The notes beneath the pieces are model-generated. The model saw nothing but the letters and a program-made list of their open reading frames with translations. It was not told where the DNA came from and searched no databases. A program made the position numbers and the translations under genes. From NCBI GenBank assembly GCA_965533395.1, contig CBESWY010000001.1, positions 1-41,029 on the forward strand: DNA of 41,029 nucleotides. The letters run 5' to 3'. The stretch's first letter is position 1; each line of letters begins with the position of its first letter. Positions 1-9,270 of this stretch are shown here, piece by piece. Origin of the DNA: an uncultured Myxococcales bacterium (GTDB taxonomy: Bacteria; Myxococcota_A; Polyangia; Polyangiales; Houyiibacteriaceae).

Positions 1-1
1 C

Positions 2-1438
2 TCAAAGATCCTTCACCTCGCCAATCAGCCCCTGCAAAACCTTCTTTGCATCGCCGAAGATCATCATCGTGTTGTCGTACTCGAAGAGCTCGTTCTTGAT
101 GCCGGCGTAACCTGGGCTGAGGCTCCGTTTGACCACGAAGACCGAGCGCGCCTCGTGAGCGTTGAGGATGGGCATCCCGGCGATGGGGCTCGTTGGATCC
201 TTGCTGGCGACCGGGTTCACGACGTCATTCGCGCCGAGGACGATCACCACGTCGGTGTTCTTGAATTCCGGGTTGATCACGTCCATTTCGAGGAGCTCCT
301 CATAGGGGACGTCGGCTTCAGCCAGCAGGACGTTCATGTGTCCGGGCATTCGGCCTGCGACCGGATGAATGCCGTAGGTGACCTTGGTGCCGCGGGCCTT
401 CAGCATGTCGGCGAGCTCGCGGACCGCGTGCTGGGCCTGCGCGACCGCCAAACCATAGCCAGGAATGATGATGACCGACTCCGCGTTCTCGAGGATCATG
501 GCGGCCTCTTCGGGGCCGCACGAAGTCACGGACGTGTACTCGTCGCTTCCACCACCCCCGCCGCCACCGTCGGTGACACCGAAGCCGCCGACCAGGACGT
601 TGAGGAGAGAGCGGTTCATCGCCACGCACATGATCTGCGTGAGAATCAAGCCCGCCGCGCCAACCATCGCGCCCGCGATGATCAAGAGCGGATTGCCGAT
701 GACGAAACCGGCCATCGAGGCCGCCACGCCGGAGTACGAGTTCAGGAGCGACACGACGACTGGCATGTCCGCGCCGCCGATGGGGATCGTCAGCAGAATG
801 CCGAGAATCAGCGAAACGGCCGTAAGAGCGAGCACCCAGACGATCGAATCGGAGGCCCCTGCAGCGACGGCGAGCCCGCCAAACGCAAAGGAGGCGAAGA
901 CCAACCCGAACGTGATGTAGTGCCTAGCTGGGAGCAGGATGGGCTGCCCCTTCTTCAGCTTTCCTTGAAGCTTGAACAGAGCGATGAGGCTGCCTGTGAA
1001 GGTGATGCCGCCGATTAGAATCGAGAGCATGACCGTGATGGCCTCGTCTGTGCCGAGCGCTTCGTAGACCGTACCCGCCGGCGCTCGTTGAACGACCACA
1101 TCCCAGTAAACCGACGTCGCCACCAATGCGGATGCAATGCCACCGAAACCATTGAACAACGCGACCATCTCGGGCATCGAGGTCATCTGGACCCGGATGG
1201 CGAACGCGGCGCCAATAATCGTTCCAATCAGCATACCGCCAGCAATCCAGCGGTAGTCGACCAGGCCGAGCTCGAGCAGCGAGCCGATGATCGCAAGCAG
1301 CATGCCGACGGCAGCGAGCGCATTGCCTCGACGTGCAGTCTTCACCCTTGCGAGCTGCTTGATCCCGAAGATGAACAGGATCGTGGAGAGCAGATAAATG
1401 ATCGGGACCACGGTCGACCTGATGACTTCGTGGCTCAT
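2..1438 (-). CDS. pntB: NAD(P) transhydrogenase subunit beta (membrane dII plus NADP(H)-binding dIII)
   Basis: 478-aa ORF. Multi-TM N-terminal half, Gly-run linker (GGGGGGSDEY), then a soluble domain with IIIPGYGLAVAQAQH and GIHPVAGRMPGHMNVLLAEA, typical of PntB. ATG overlaps the pntAB stop (ATGA). Stop codon at 2-4, so the gene is complete. Confidence 0.95.
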   Translation of the reverse strand: MSHEVIRSTVVPIIYLLSTILFIFGIKQLARVKTARRGNALAAVGMLLAIIGSLLELGLVDYRWIAGGMLIGTIIGAAFAIRVQMTSMPEMVALFNGFGGIASALVATSVYWDVVVQRAPAGTVYEALGTDEAITVMLSILIGGITFTGSLIALFKLQGKLKKGQPILLPARHYITFGLVFASFAFGGLAVAAGASDSIVWVLALTAVSLILGILLTIPIGGADMPVVVSLLNSYSGVAASMAGFVIGNPLLIIAGAMVGAAGLILTQIMCVAMNRSLLNVLVGGFGVTDGGGGGGGSDEYTSVTSCGPEEAAMILENAESVIIIPGYGLAVAQAQHAVRELADMLKARGTKVTYGIHPVAGRMPGHMNVLLAEADVPYEELLEMDVINPEFKNTDVVIVLGANDVVNPVASKDPTSPIAGMPILNAHEARSVFVVKRSLSPGYAGIKNELFEYDNTMMIFGDAKKVLQGLIGEVKDL

Positions 1439-1728
1439 TTCTTCTTCTTCTTTCCGAACATGCGCAGCATGCGGTCGGTCACCAGGAAGCCGCCGACCAC
1501 GTTGATCGTCGCGGTGACGATCGCGAGCGCGCCGAGAATGTTGGCCACGGTCGGCGCGCCGGTCGTCGCTGCAGCGATGGCGCCGACCACGGTGATGCCA
1601 CTGATGGCGTTTGCGCCGCTCATCAAGGGGGTGTGTAGCGTCGGTGGCACTTTAGTGATCATCTCGAAGCCGACGAAGCCGGCGAGGACGAATACGTAGA
1701 TGCCTATGAGCAAAGGTCCCAAAGTCAC
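1435..1728 (-). CDS. pntAB: NAD(P) transhydrogenase subunit alpha part 2 (small membrane PntAB)
   Basis: 97-aa hydrophobic ORF between pntAA and pntB, giving a split-alpha three-gene layout. GTG start preceded by GGAAAGGAG. The 3' end overlaps the pntB ATG by 4 nt. Confidence 0.88.
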   Translation of the reverse strand: MTLGPLLIGIYVFVLAGFVGFEMITKVPPTLHTPLMSGANAISGITVVGAIAAATTGAPTVANILGALAIVTATINVVGGFLVTDRMLRMFGKKKKK

Positions 1729-1743
1729 GTTCCGTCTCCTTTC

Positions 1744-2877
1744 CTAAAGAGCCTCGGCGGTTGGTCCGTGCCGGACTTCGCCGTTGTGGGTGAGTAGGGC
1801 GCCCGCGACGACCTCGTCTTCGAGGTTCAACGCGACTTCTCCCTCGGTCAATGTGCTGAGCAGAAGAGCCTGGATGTTGCGTGCATAGAGCAGGCTCGCG
1901 TCCGCAGGGGTCGCAGCGGGCAGATTGGGATGGCCGATGATGGTCACGCCGCTCACCACCACCATTTCACCGCTCTTGCTGAGCTCGCAGTTGCCGCCTT
2001 GCTCGACGGCCAGGTCGACGATGACCGCACCCTCGCGCATCTCCTCGACCATGTCTGCGGTGATCAGCTTCGGCGCCGGACGTCCCGGGACGAGCGCCGT
2101 GGTGATGACGGCGTCTGCCGCGACGACCTTCTTACGAACGATGGCCTGCTGTGCCTTGAGCTGCTCCGGAGTCAGCTCCCGCGCGTAGCCGCCTTCGCCT
2201 TCGCCGCTTTGGTCCATCGGGAAGTCGATGAAGCGTCCGCCGAGAGATTCGACCTGCTCTTTGACCCCCGGTCGAATGTCCGACACCTCGACCACGGCAC
2301 CGAGACGCTTCGCGGTCGCAATCGCCTGAAGCCCCGCAACACCGGCGCCCATGATGACAATTTTCGCGGGTTGAATCGTGCCTGCCGCCGTCATCAGCAG
2401 CGGGAAGTACTTGTCGAGGTAGGTCGCTGCCATGAGGACGGCCTGGTAGCCCGAAATCGAAGCCTGCGAGCTCAGCGCGTCCATCGACTGGGCGCGGCTG
2501 ATTCGCGGCACGAGCTCCATTGCCAGCGTGCTGATCTTGCGATCGCGCAGAATGCGTACCGAGTCGAGGTTCTTGTGCGGGGAGATGAAGCCGATGAGGA
2601 GCGCGCCCTCCTTGATCTTGGACGCCTCGGCCGGGGTGATCGGGTAGACCCGAAACACGATGTCCGCATTTCCCCACGCGGCGTCCGCCTCGGCGCCGGA
2701 GACGACCGTGGCCCCCGCAGCGCGGTATTGCTCGTCGGTGAAGTGGGCGTGCTTGCCCGCTTCGCTCTCTACCGCGACATCGAAGCCTTCTTTGACGTAT
2801 CGCTTCGTCGTTTCTGGTGTGCAGGCGACCCGAGTCTCACCTTCGGTGATTTCCTTGGGCACGAAAACCTGAGGCAT
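1744..2877 (-). CDS. pntAA: NAD(P) transhydrogenase subunit alpha part 1 (dI, alanine-dehydrogenase-like NAD(H) domain)
   Basis: 377 aa. Rossmann motif IVIMGAGVAGLQAIATAKRLGA. AlaDH/PNT N- and C-domain pattern. AGGAG 8 nt upstream of the ATG at 2875-2877. Confidence 0.93.
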   Translation of the reverse strand: MPQVFVPKEITEGETRVACTPETTKRYVKEGFDVAVESEAGKHAHFTDEQYRAAGATVVSGAEADAAWGNADIVFRVYPITPAEASKIKEGALLIGFISPHKNLDSVRILRDRKISTLAMELVPRISRAQSMDALSSQASISGYQAVLMAATYLDKYFPLLMTAAGTIQPAKIVIMGAGVAGLQAIATAKRLGAVVEVSDIRPGVKEQVESLGGRFIDFPMDQSGEGEGGYARELTPEQLKAQQAIVRKKVVAADAVITTALVPGRPAPKLITADMVEEMREGAVIVDLAVEQGGNCELSKSGEMVVVSGVTIIGHPNLPAATPADASLLYARNIQALLLSTLTEGEVALNLEDEVVAGALLTHNGEVRHGPTAEAL

Positions 2878-3066
2878 TCATTACTCCTGCGCGGGCCCCG
2901 TGATGAATCAAACCCGATTGAAACAGTCAACAACCGGCCGCCCGCGTTCGGGGTTGTTAGTGGCGATCTAGGGTCATGTCCAGCGCCCGTCGAAAATCGG
3001 TCGGCGCACCTTTTGCGTTTGGGCGTGGCCTGCTAGATCCGCCGCGCCACACAGGAGGACTGCAGC

Positions 3067-5070
3067 ATGGGGAACCCCGCGAAGCTCGACGAGCTCGCAA
3101 TCAAGACGATTCGAGGCCTGAGCATGGATGCGGTGCAAGCGGCCAATTCGGGTCACCCCGGCACGCCGATGGCGCTCGCGCCGCTCGGCTGGGCGCTTTT
3201 CTCCGAGCTGCGGCGCCACGACCCCGCCCATCCGGACTGGCCGGACCGCGATCGGTTCGTGTTGTCCTGCGGGCATGCGTCGATGCTGCAGTACTCGCTG
3301 CTGCACTTGAGTGGCTACGAGGTCTCCCTCGACGACATTCGCAAGTTCCGGCAGTGGGGCAGTCTCACACCCGGGCATCCGGAGTCGCACTTCACGCCAG
3401 GCGTAGAGACGACGACCGGCCCACTCGGACAGGGGGTGGGAAATGGCGTAGGGATGGCGATGGCAGAGCGCCACCTCGCGGCCCGTTTCAACAAGCCGGG
3501 GCATACCCTCTTCGATCACCGTACCTGGGTGATCGCTTCCGACGGCGACATCATGGAGGGTGTGGCGTCCGAAGCCGCATCGATCGCCGGTCACCTGAAG
3601 CTCGGTAAGCTCGTCGTCTTCTGGGACGACAACCGAATCACCATCGACGGCAGGACTGACCTGAGCTTCAGTGAAGATGTTCCCGCTCGATTCGCCGCAT
3701 ACGGCTGGCACACCGAAAGCGTGGACGACGGCAATGACCTCGCCGCCATCGTCGCCGCGTCCCGAGCGGCGATCGCGGACGATCGTCCGAGCCTGATTCG
3801 TGTGCGAACGATCATCGGCGACCCGGCGCCCAACAAGCGCGACTCGTCGGCAGCGCACGGTGCACCCCTCGGCGCGGACGAGATCATCGCCACCAAGCAG
3901 CTCATGGAATGGCCGACCGACGCATTCTTCGTGCCTGACGAGCTAGCCGCTGCGGCCGAGTCGATTCGAGGGCGTGGTGCCGCAGGCTATCGAGACTGGG
4001 AGGCGCGACTGGCGGGCTACCGCGCAGCGTTTCCGGATGCAGCCAAGGACCTCGAGGCGGCCTTGGCGGGGGGGCTTCCTGCGGGTTGGGATGCCGACCT
4101 TCCGACCTTCGACGCAGACCCGAAAGGAATGCCAACCCGAAAGGCGAGTGGAGCCGTGCTGAACGCGCTTGCGGCCAAGCTCGGTGGCCTCGTCGGGGGC
4201 TCCGCCGATCTCGCAGGCTCGAACAACAGCCACATGAAGGGCTTCGCGAGCTTCCTCTCAGGCGCCGAGGGGATTCCACGCAACGTCGACTGGGGCATTC
4301 GCGAGCACGCCATGGGCGCCGCGATGAACGGCATGGCGCTTCACGGCGGCGTGATCCCGTACGGTGCGACCTTCCTCGTGTTCAGTGACTACATGCGGCC
4401 TTCGGTGCGACTCGCCGCGCTGATGAAGCTTCACACACGCTACATCTACACGCACGACAGCATCGGGCTCGGCGAAGACGGTCCCACGCACCAACCCGTC
4501 GAGCAGGTTGCGGCCTTGCGCGCGATCCCGAATCTCGCCGTGTTCAGGCCGGCGGACGCGAACGAGGTTCGCGAGTGTTGGAAGGCCGCTCTCGAATGGG
4601 ACGGGCCTGCGGCGCTCGCCCTGACCCGGCAGAACGTGCCGATCTTCGACCGAGATGCGCTTGCGAGCGCCGAAAAAGCGAAGCGCGGGGCGTACACCCT
4701 GCGTGAAGCCGGAGGGGGCGGGCCGGACGTGATCCTCGTCGCCACAGGGAGCGAAGTCGCGCTTGCGATTTCCGCCGCGGACCTTCTCGAGCAAGAGGGC
4801 GCTGCCGTTCGAGTCGTCAGCATGCCTTGCTGGGAGCTCTTTGAGGAGCAAGACGCTTCATATCAGCAGGAAGTCCTACCGCGCGGTGATGCCGTCAAGG
4901 TTGTCGTGGAGGCTGGGATTCGCCAAGGCTGGGACCGCTGGGTCGGAAACGACGCGGCGTTCGTCACCATGGATCGGTTCGGCGCGTCAGCGCCGTACGA
5001 GGTGCTTTTCGAGAAGTTCGGTATCACCGTCGAACGCGTCGTCGCCGAAGCGCAGCGCTTGCTGTCTTAG
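3067..5070 (+). CDS. tkt: transketolase
   Basis: 667 aa. N-terminal [21 protein letters not shown], ThDP motif [35 protein letters not shown] upstream of the ATG. Confidence 0.97.
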   Translation: MGNPAKLDELAIKTIRGLSMDAVQAANSGHPGTPMALAPLGWALFSELRRHDPAHPDWPDRDRFVLSCGHASMLQYSLLHLSGYEVSLDDIRKFRQWGSLTPGHPESHFTPGVETTTGPLGQGVGNGVGMAMAERHLAARFNKPGHTLFDHRTWVIASDGDIMEGVASEAASIAGHLKLGKLVVFWDDNRITIDGRTDLSFSEDVPARFAAYGWHTESVDDGNDLAAIVAASRAAIADDRPSLIRVRTIIGDPAPNKRDSSAAHGAPLGADEIIATKQLMEWPTDAFFVPDELAAAAESIRGRGAAGYRDWEARLAGYRAAFPDAAKDLEAALAGGLPAGWDADLPTFDADPKGMPTRKASGAVLNALAAKLGGLVGGSADLAGSNNSHMKGFASFLSGAEGIPRNVDWGIREHAMGAAMNGMALHGGVIPYGATFLVFSDYMRPSVRLAALMKLHTRYIYTHDSIGLGEDGPTHQPVEQVAALRAIPNLAVFRPADANEVRECWKAALEWDGPAALALTRQNVPIFDRDALASAEKAKRGAYTLREAGGGGPDVILVATGSEVALAISAADLLEQEGAAVRVVSMPCWELFEEQDASYQQEVLPRGDAVKVVVEAGIRQGWDRWVGNDAAFVTMDRFGASAPYEVLFEKFGITVERVVAEAQRLLS

Positions 5071-5564
5071 CTCGCGGCAGCGATGGCGGCGTCGTAGTTC
5101 GGCTCTTGGACGATGTCGGCAACCATTTCGGTGTGAATGACTTTGTCGTTTTCGTCCACGACGACGATGGCGCGCGCAGCGAGTCCCTTCATGGCGCCGT
5201 CAATCATTTCCACTCCGTAGTCCTGAAGGAAGCTCCCTCGGAACGTCGAAAGGGGAACCACGCCCTCCAATCCCTCGGCAACACAGAAACGTTTCTGAGC
5301 GAAGGGAAGGTCAGAGCTCACGACCAGCACCACGGCGTTGCCGAGGCTTGCTGCACGTTGATTGAACGTGCGTGCCGCCGTTTGACAAACCGGAGTGTCG
5401 TAGCTGGGGTTGATCGTGAGGATCTTTTTCTTCCCCGCAAAGTCGGCGAGCGTTTTCTCACTGAGGTCGCTGGCGACCAGGAGAAAGTCGGGGGCGGCGC
5501 TGCCCTTGGCAGGCAGGTCGCGATTGGTGTGAACCGGGGTTCCTTTGAGCGCGGTGGTGGCCAT
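5067..5564 (-). CDS. tpx: thiol peroxidase (atypical 2-Cys peroxiredoxin, Tpx type)
   Basis: The track ORF runs to 5714, but the homology starts at [11 protein letters not shown] (ATG 5562-5564) with GAAGGAG just upstream. Peroxidatic Cys in DTPVCQT and resolving Cys in RFCVAEG. Confidence 0.9.
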   Translation of the reverse strand: MATTALKGTPVHTNRDLPAKGSAAPDFLLVASDLSEKTLADFAGKKKILTINPSYDTPVCQTAARTFNQRAASLGNAVVLVVSSDLPFAQKRFCVAEGLEGVVPLSTFRGSFLQDYGVEMIDGAMKGLAARAIVVVDENDKVIHTEMVADIVQEPNYDAAIAAAS

Positions 5565-5595
5565 GATTCTCCTTCTGACGCACGGGTAGGCCGGT

Positions 5596-5623
5596 CTTAT
5601 AGGGACTTCACCCGAATTACCAA
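5596..5623 (-). promoter_or_regulatory. putative sigma70-type promoter of tpx (-35 TTGGTA, 16-nt spacer, -10 TATAAG)
   Basis: Read on the minus strand: cgcTTGGTAattcgggtgaagtcccTATAAG, about 30 nt upstream of the tpx ATG. Pattern match only. Confidence 0.3.
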
Positions 5624-5627
5624 GCGG

Positions 5628-5656
5628 TTGCCCTCGATAAAGAAATTCATTATCAA
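5628..5656 (+). promoter_or_regulatory. putative feoA promoter (-35 TTGCCC, 17-nt spacer, -10 TATCAA) overlapped by the Fur box
   Basis: The hexamers are separated by exactly 17 nt. The -10 ends 6 nt before the A of the feoA ATG at 5663, and no SD sequence lies between them. Confidence 0.35.
5636..5654. promoter_or_regulatory. Fur-family (Fur/PerR-type) operator
   Basis: GATAAAGAAATTCATTATC matches the classical 19-bp Fur box GATAATGATAATCATTATC at 16/19 positions and is 16/19 self-complementary. It is an AT-rich island in GC-rich DNA. It ends 8 nt before the feoA ATG and lies in the tpx/feoA divergent intergenic region. Confidence 0.75.
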
Positions 5657-5662
5657 TAGTCG

Positions 5663-5902
5663 ATGAAGCGCTCTCTCGTCGATTTGCCCCTCGGCCAGCA
5701 TGCCGAAATTGCATCGATCGACTGCGAACGCGGCCTCTCGCGGCGGCTCATGGAGATGGGGCTTCTCCCCGGAACGAGGGTCCGCATCGTGCGTGTGGCG
5801 CCCCTCGGAGACCCGATCGAGCTCCGAGTCCGCAACTACTCCCTGTCGCTGCGCCGAGCCGAGGCGGCCAAGATCGCGGTTCGGCCCGAAGGAGCGGTGT
5901 GA
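5663..5902 (+). CDS. feoA: ferrous iron transport protein A
   Basis: 79-aa FeoA/SH3-like ORF (LPLGQHAEI...MGLLPGTRVRIVRVAPLGDPIEL). Its stop overlaps the feoB GTG (GTGA). Confidence 0.9.
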   Translation: MKRSLVDLPLGQHAEIASIDCERGLSRRLMEMGLLPGTRVRIVRVAPLGDPIELRVRNYSLSLRRAEAAKIAVRPEGAV

Positions 5903-8064
5903 GCAACGACGCCTCCCCGCAGGTGCTCATCGCTGGCAACCCCAACTGCGGGAAGAGCACCCTCTTCAATGCCCTCTCGGGCGGGAGCGCGCACGTCGGA
6001 AACTACCCCGGGGTGACGGTCGACCGAACCAGTGCGCGCCTGCAGCTCGGGTCGAAGCAGGTCGAGCTGGTGGACGTACCCGGCATGTACAGTTTGACCG
6101 CGAGCTCGCCGGAGGAGCAGCTCGCCGTCGACGCACTGACTGAAAGCAATACGCAGGCGGTCATCTGTGTCGTCGACGCGACCACCTTGGAACGTGGGCT
6201 CTATCTGCCTTTGCAGCTCATCGAGTCGGGGGTCCCCGTCGTCATCGCCCTCAACATGATGGACGCCGCCGCGCGCATCGGCCTTCACGTCGACACCGAA
6301 CGCTTGTCTGCGCTCTTTGCTTCGCCCGTCATCCCCGTCGTTGCAACCAAGCGGCGGGGCCTGGACGCGCTACTGGTAGCGCTCGAGGAGCAGCTCGAGC
6401 TCGGGAGCGCGGTTGCGAAGCCTGAGGTGACTTACCCAGCGGAGCTCGAAGCCGACCTGGCAACCCTCGAGCCGGTGATCGCACGGTGGCGTCCACAGAC
6501 GCCAACGAGTCAGCATCGCGTGTTCGCACTCTGGTGCCTGCTGTCCCTGGGAGAAGACAGTCTTCGTGGCGTTCCCGATGAGGTGCGGAACGCGGTGGGG
6601 AGCATTCGTCGAGCGGCCGCGGAACGTGGACGAAACCTCGACCTCGAGATCGTCTCCTCTCGCTATGTTTGGCTCGATCGCGCCGTCGCCGAGACCTGCT
6701 CGGTACGGGGCCCCACACTCAGCTGGAGCGAGCGCATCGACCGCGTGCTGACGCATCCGATCGCTGGCATTTCGATCTTCGCCATCGTGATGTTTGGCAT
6801 TTTTGAAGCGCTTTTTGCAGGGGCGGAGCCACTGATCGGCGCGATCGAGACCCTTACCGGTTTCATTCAGGCGCAGGCCGCAGCGATCCTGCCGCCGGGC
6901 GTCTTTCAGGACTTGGTCGTCGAAGGCATCATCGCCGGGGTCGGAAACGTGATCGTTTTCGCGCCCCAGATCCTGATGCTCTTCCTCTTCATCGGCTTTC
7001 TCGAAGACTCGGGCTACCTAGCGCGCGTTGCATTCGTCATCGACCGAGTGATGAAAGGGGTGGGCTTGCACGGAAAGGCGTTCGTTCCTCTCCTCTCCGG
7101 CTTCGCCTGCGCGGTTCCAGCCGTGATGGCCACACGCACCATCGAACGCCGCCGCGATCGCTTGGTCACCATGTTGGCGCTTCCGCTGATGTCGTGCAGC
7201 GCGCGCTTGCCCATCTACATCCTTGTCGTAGGCACGGTATTCGCAGGGCAGTCCCTTGGATGGTTCAGTGCAGGGGCCGTCGCGCTCTTTTCGATGTACA
7301 CGCTCTCGGTTGTGGTCACGCTTGCAGCCGCAGCGGTCCTCCGGCGCACCGTGCTTCCCGGCCCCGCACCTACCTTCATCCTCGAGATGCCCCCCTACCG
7401 CTGGCCATCCGCTGGCATTCTCTGGATCAACGCTTGGCGCCGTCTCCGAGTCTTCCTGGTCGACGCCGGCACGATAATTTTGGCGATGACGATTCTCCTT
7501 TGGGCACTGCTCTCGTTTCCAAAGTCCACCGAGGTGTCCGAGCACTACGCCAGGGAGCGCTCGCAGGTCCTGCAGTCGGCATCGTCCCAGACGACGAAGA
7601 CTGAGGCCCTTCAGGCGCTCGCAGCGCGAGAGGCCGGCGAGCAGCTCGCCCACAGCCTGGGCGGCAGGTTCGGCCATGCGATCGAGCCTGTCCTCAGGCC
7701 GATCGGCTTCGACTGGCAGATTGGCATCGGCATCATCGGCGCGTTTGCCGCACGAGAGGTGTTCATTTCGACGCTCGGCGTGGTCTTCGGAATCGGGGAG
7801 GCAGACGAGGAGAACAAGCCTTTGCGGCAAGCCCTCCGGGACGCGCGTCACGCGGACGGAAGCCCGGTAATGACCCCCCTCAGCGGCGTGTCACTCATGA
7901 TCTTCTTCTTGCTGGCCTGTCAGTGCATGAGCACGATCGCCGTAGTGAAGAAGGAGTCTGGCTCCTGGAAATGGCCGGTGTTCCTGTTCTCGTACATGAC
8001 CGTACTCGCCTACCTGGCCTCCCTCGCAGTTTATCAGGGTGGCCAGCTGCTGGGTTACGGCTAG
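5899..8064 (+). CDS. feoB: ferrous iron transporter B (G-protein-coupled Fe2+ permease)
   Basis: 721 aa. N-terminal G domain GNPNCGKSTLFNAL, DVPG, NMMD, followed by a polytopic membrane domain with the gate-motif region. Confidence 0.96.
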   Translation: MSNDASPQVLIAGNPNCGKSTLFNALSGGSAHVGNYPGVTVDRTSARLQLGSKQVELVDVPGMYSLTASSPEEQLAVDALTESNTQAVICVVDATTLERGLYLPLQLIESGVPVVIALNMMDAAARIGLHVDTERLSALFASPVIPVVATKRRGLDALLVALEEQLELGSAVAKPEVTYPAELEADLATLEPVIARWRPQTPTSQHRVFALWCLLSLGEDSLRGVPDEVRNAVGSIRRAAAERGRNLDLEIVSSRYVWLDRAVAETCSVRGPTLSWSERIDRVLTHPIAGISIFAIVMFGIFEALFAGAEPLIGAIETLTGFIQAQAAAILPPGVFQDLVVEGIIAGVGNVIVFAPQILMLFLFIGFLEDSGYLARVAFVIDRVMKGVGLHGKAFVPLLSGFACAVPAVMATRTIERRRDRLVTMLALPLMSCSARLPIYILVVGTVFAGQSLGWFSAGAVALFSMYTLSVVVTLAAAAVLRRTVLPGPAPTFILEMPPYRWPSAGILWINAWRRLRVFLVDAGTIILAMTILLWALLSFPKSTEVSEHYARERSQVLQSASSQTTKTEALQALAAREAGEQLAHSLGGRFGHAIEPVLRPIGFDWQIGIGIIGAFAAREVFISTLGVVFGIGEADEENKPLRQALRDARHADGSPVMTPLSGVSLMIFFLLACQCMSTIAVVKKESGSWKWPVFLFSYMTVLAYLASLAVYQGGQLLGYG

Positions 8065-8073
8065 GGTTTGAGT

Positions 8074-8241
8074 ATGCCGTGGCAGCAAATCATGGCAGGG
8101 TTGATTGTAGCTTTGGCGTGTCTCTACGTCTTACGGCGGTTTCGCGGGAAGAAGACCAGTCCGCGTCGCCCGACGGGCCCGGACGTGCCGATTTCGAGAC
8201 TGACACGAAAACGCCCGCCTTCAGATTCATGCGACCACTGA
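8074..8241 (+). CDS. small membrane protein, possibly of the FeoB-associated type (55 aa; below the ORF-track length cut-off)
   Basis: My translation: MPWQQIMAGLIVALACLYVLRRFRGKKTSPRRPTGPDVPISRLTRKRPPSDSCDH. One N-terminal TM helix, then RRFRGKK. Starts 10 nt after the feoB stop. Layout resembles FeoB-associated small membrane proteins, but it has only 2 Cys and a lower GC3 (about 65%) than neighbouring genes. Confidence 0.35.
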   Translation: MPWQQIMAGLIVALACLYVLRRFRGKKTSPRRPTGPDVPISRLTRKRPPSDSCDH

Positions 8242-8266
8242 GCAGAAGAACTACATTGATCTAGAA

Positions 8267-9259
8267 ATGAGCCGATCGGCAACCATCGAAGGGCTCCGGA
8301 AGTTTCGAAAGAAGCTGCTGCGCGAGCGAGACCCGTGGCACGATACGTCGCGCCGGTTTCGCATTCGCCGGTTCGCTGGCCCGGAGTGCTTTCTCGAGCA
8401 CCTCGAAGGAGTAAGGGTCGCGCACTTGACGGACCTACACGTCGGCCGGGTGACGCCGATGGAGGTCCAGTACGACGCGGTCTCGATGACCAACGCTGGC
8501 AAGCCGGACATTGTCGTCATCAGCGGCGACTTTGTCTGTCACAGCCAGGTGTATCTCGACGACCTCGCCGATGTGATCGGCCAGATCGAGGCGCCGGTGT
8601 TTGCGGTTCTCGGCAATCACGATCACTGGGCAGGCGCGGGCCCGGTGCGGGAGGCGCTTCGACGAGGCGGCGCCGAGGTGCTCGACAATGCGCACACCAC
8701 CATTCACATCGGGCACCAGGCGTTGCAGGTCGTCGGCTTGGACGACGCCTATACCGGTCATGCGGACCGGCGTGCCGCTCTCAGGGGCTTGCGTGCCGAT
8801 TTGCCAGTCATCGGGCTCTCGCACATCGCTGAGGAAGCCGATCCGCTCTGGGAGGCTGGGGTTCCGCTGGTGTTTTCCGGTCATACGCACGCCGGGCAGA
8901 TTACCGTCGCGCGCCTGCACGAGCTCTCGGTCGGGAAGCTCGCCGGGCACAAGTACATCCACGGGCTCTATGGTTCGCGGGGCACCCAGGATCCGAAGGG
9001 TGCAGTCTATGTCGGTGCCGGGGTGGGAGCGGCGATTGTTCCTTTGCGACTCGGCGAGCGAGCCAAGCGCGAGGTGGCCTTCTTCGAGCTCGGCACGCAA
9101 CCCGGCGCCTTCGACGAACATCACGGCGAGCAGGAGGCCCACCCGGGCCGCATTCCTTCTGAGAAGACCAAGGAGCGTCGGGCGCAGGCCGTGCTTCGCA
9201 AGCAGCAAAAGCGCGAGCGCCGGAGCGGCAATGGCAACAACGCTGGCTACGACTCCTGA
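8267..9259 (+). CDS. metallophosphoesterase (calcineurin-like, YkuE/YaeI type)
   Basis: 330 aa with the full motif set: DLHVG, SGDFV, GNHDHW, LSHIA, GHTHAGQ. Basic Lys/Arg-rich C-terminal tail. Confidence 0.85.
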   Translation: MSRSATIEGLRKFRKKLLRERDPWHDTSRRFRIRRFAGPECFLEHLEGVRVAHLTDLHVGRVTPMEVQYDAVSMTNAGKPDIVVISGDFVCHSQVYLDDLADVIGQIEAPVFAVLGNHDHWAGAGPVREALRRGGAEVLDNAHTTIHIGHQALQVVGLDDAYTGHADRRAALRGLRADLPVIGLSHIAEEADPLWEAGVPLVFSGHTHAGQITVARLHELSVGKLAGHKYIHGLYGSRGTQDPKGAVYVGAGVGAAIVPLRLGERAKREVAFFELGTQPGAFDEHHGEQEAHPGRIPSEKTKERRAQAVLRKQQKRERRSGNGNNAGYDS

Positions 9260-9270
9260 GGTGCGATGAG

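Noticed and set aside
541-575. Runs such as ccaccacccccgccgccaccg (encoding the Gly-run linker of PntB) and the AAG-repeat encoding the KKKKK tail of PntAB (1438-1455), considered as slippage or phase-variation tracts
   Set aside because: These are not true homopolymer or perfect short tandem repeats. The Gly-rich linker is an expected feature of PntB. There is no evidence of a frameshift.
155-3858. Multiple long ORFs overlapping pntB, pntAA and tkt (155-1018 +, 1930-3036 +, 2974-3858 -, 2132-2677 -)
   Set aside because: All lie opposite to or out of frame with strongly supported genes. Their products are Arg/Pro/Gly-rich and domain-less.
5565-5714. 5' extensions of track ORFs for tpx, and likewise trxB (10219-10269), proS (15780-15815), yqeY (19577-19714), TetR (22187-22537), cysN (33805-33993) and orn (34743-34874)
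   Set aside because: The family N-termini and Shine-Dalgarno sequences align with internal ATGs. The extensions cross intergenic promoters or neighbouring genes.
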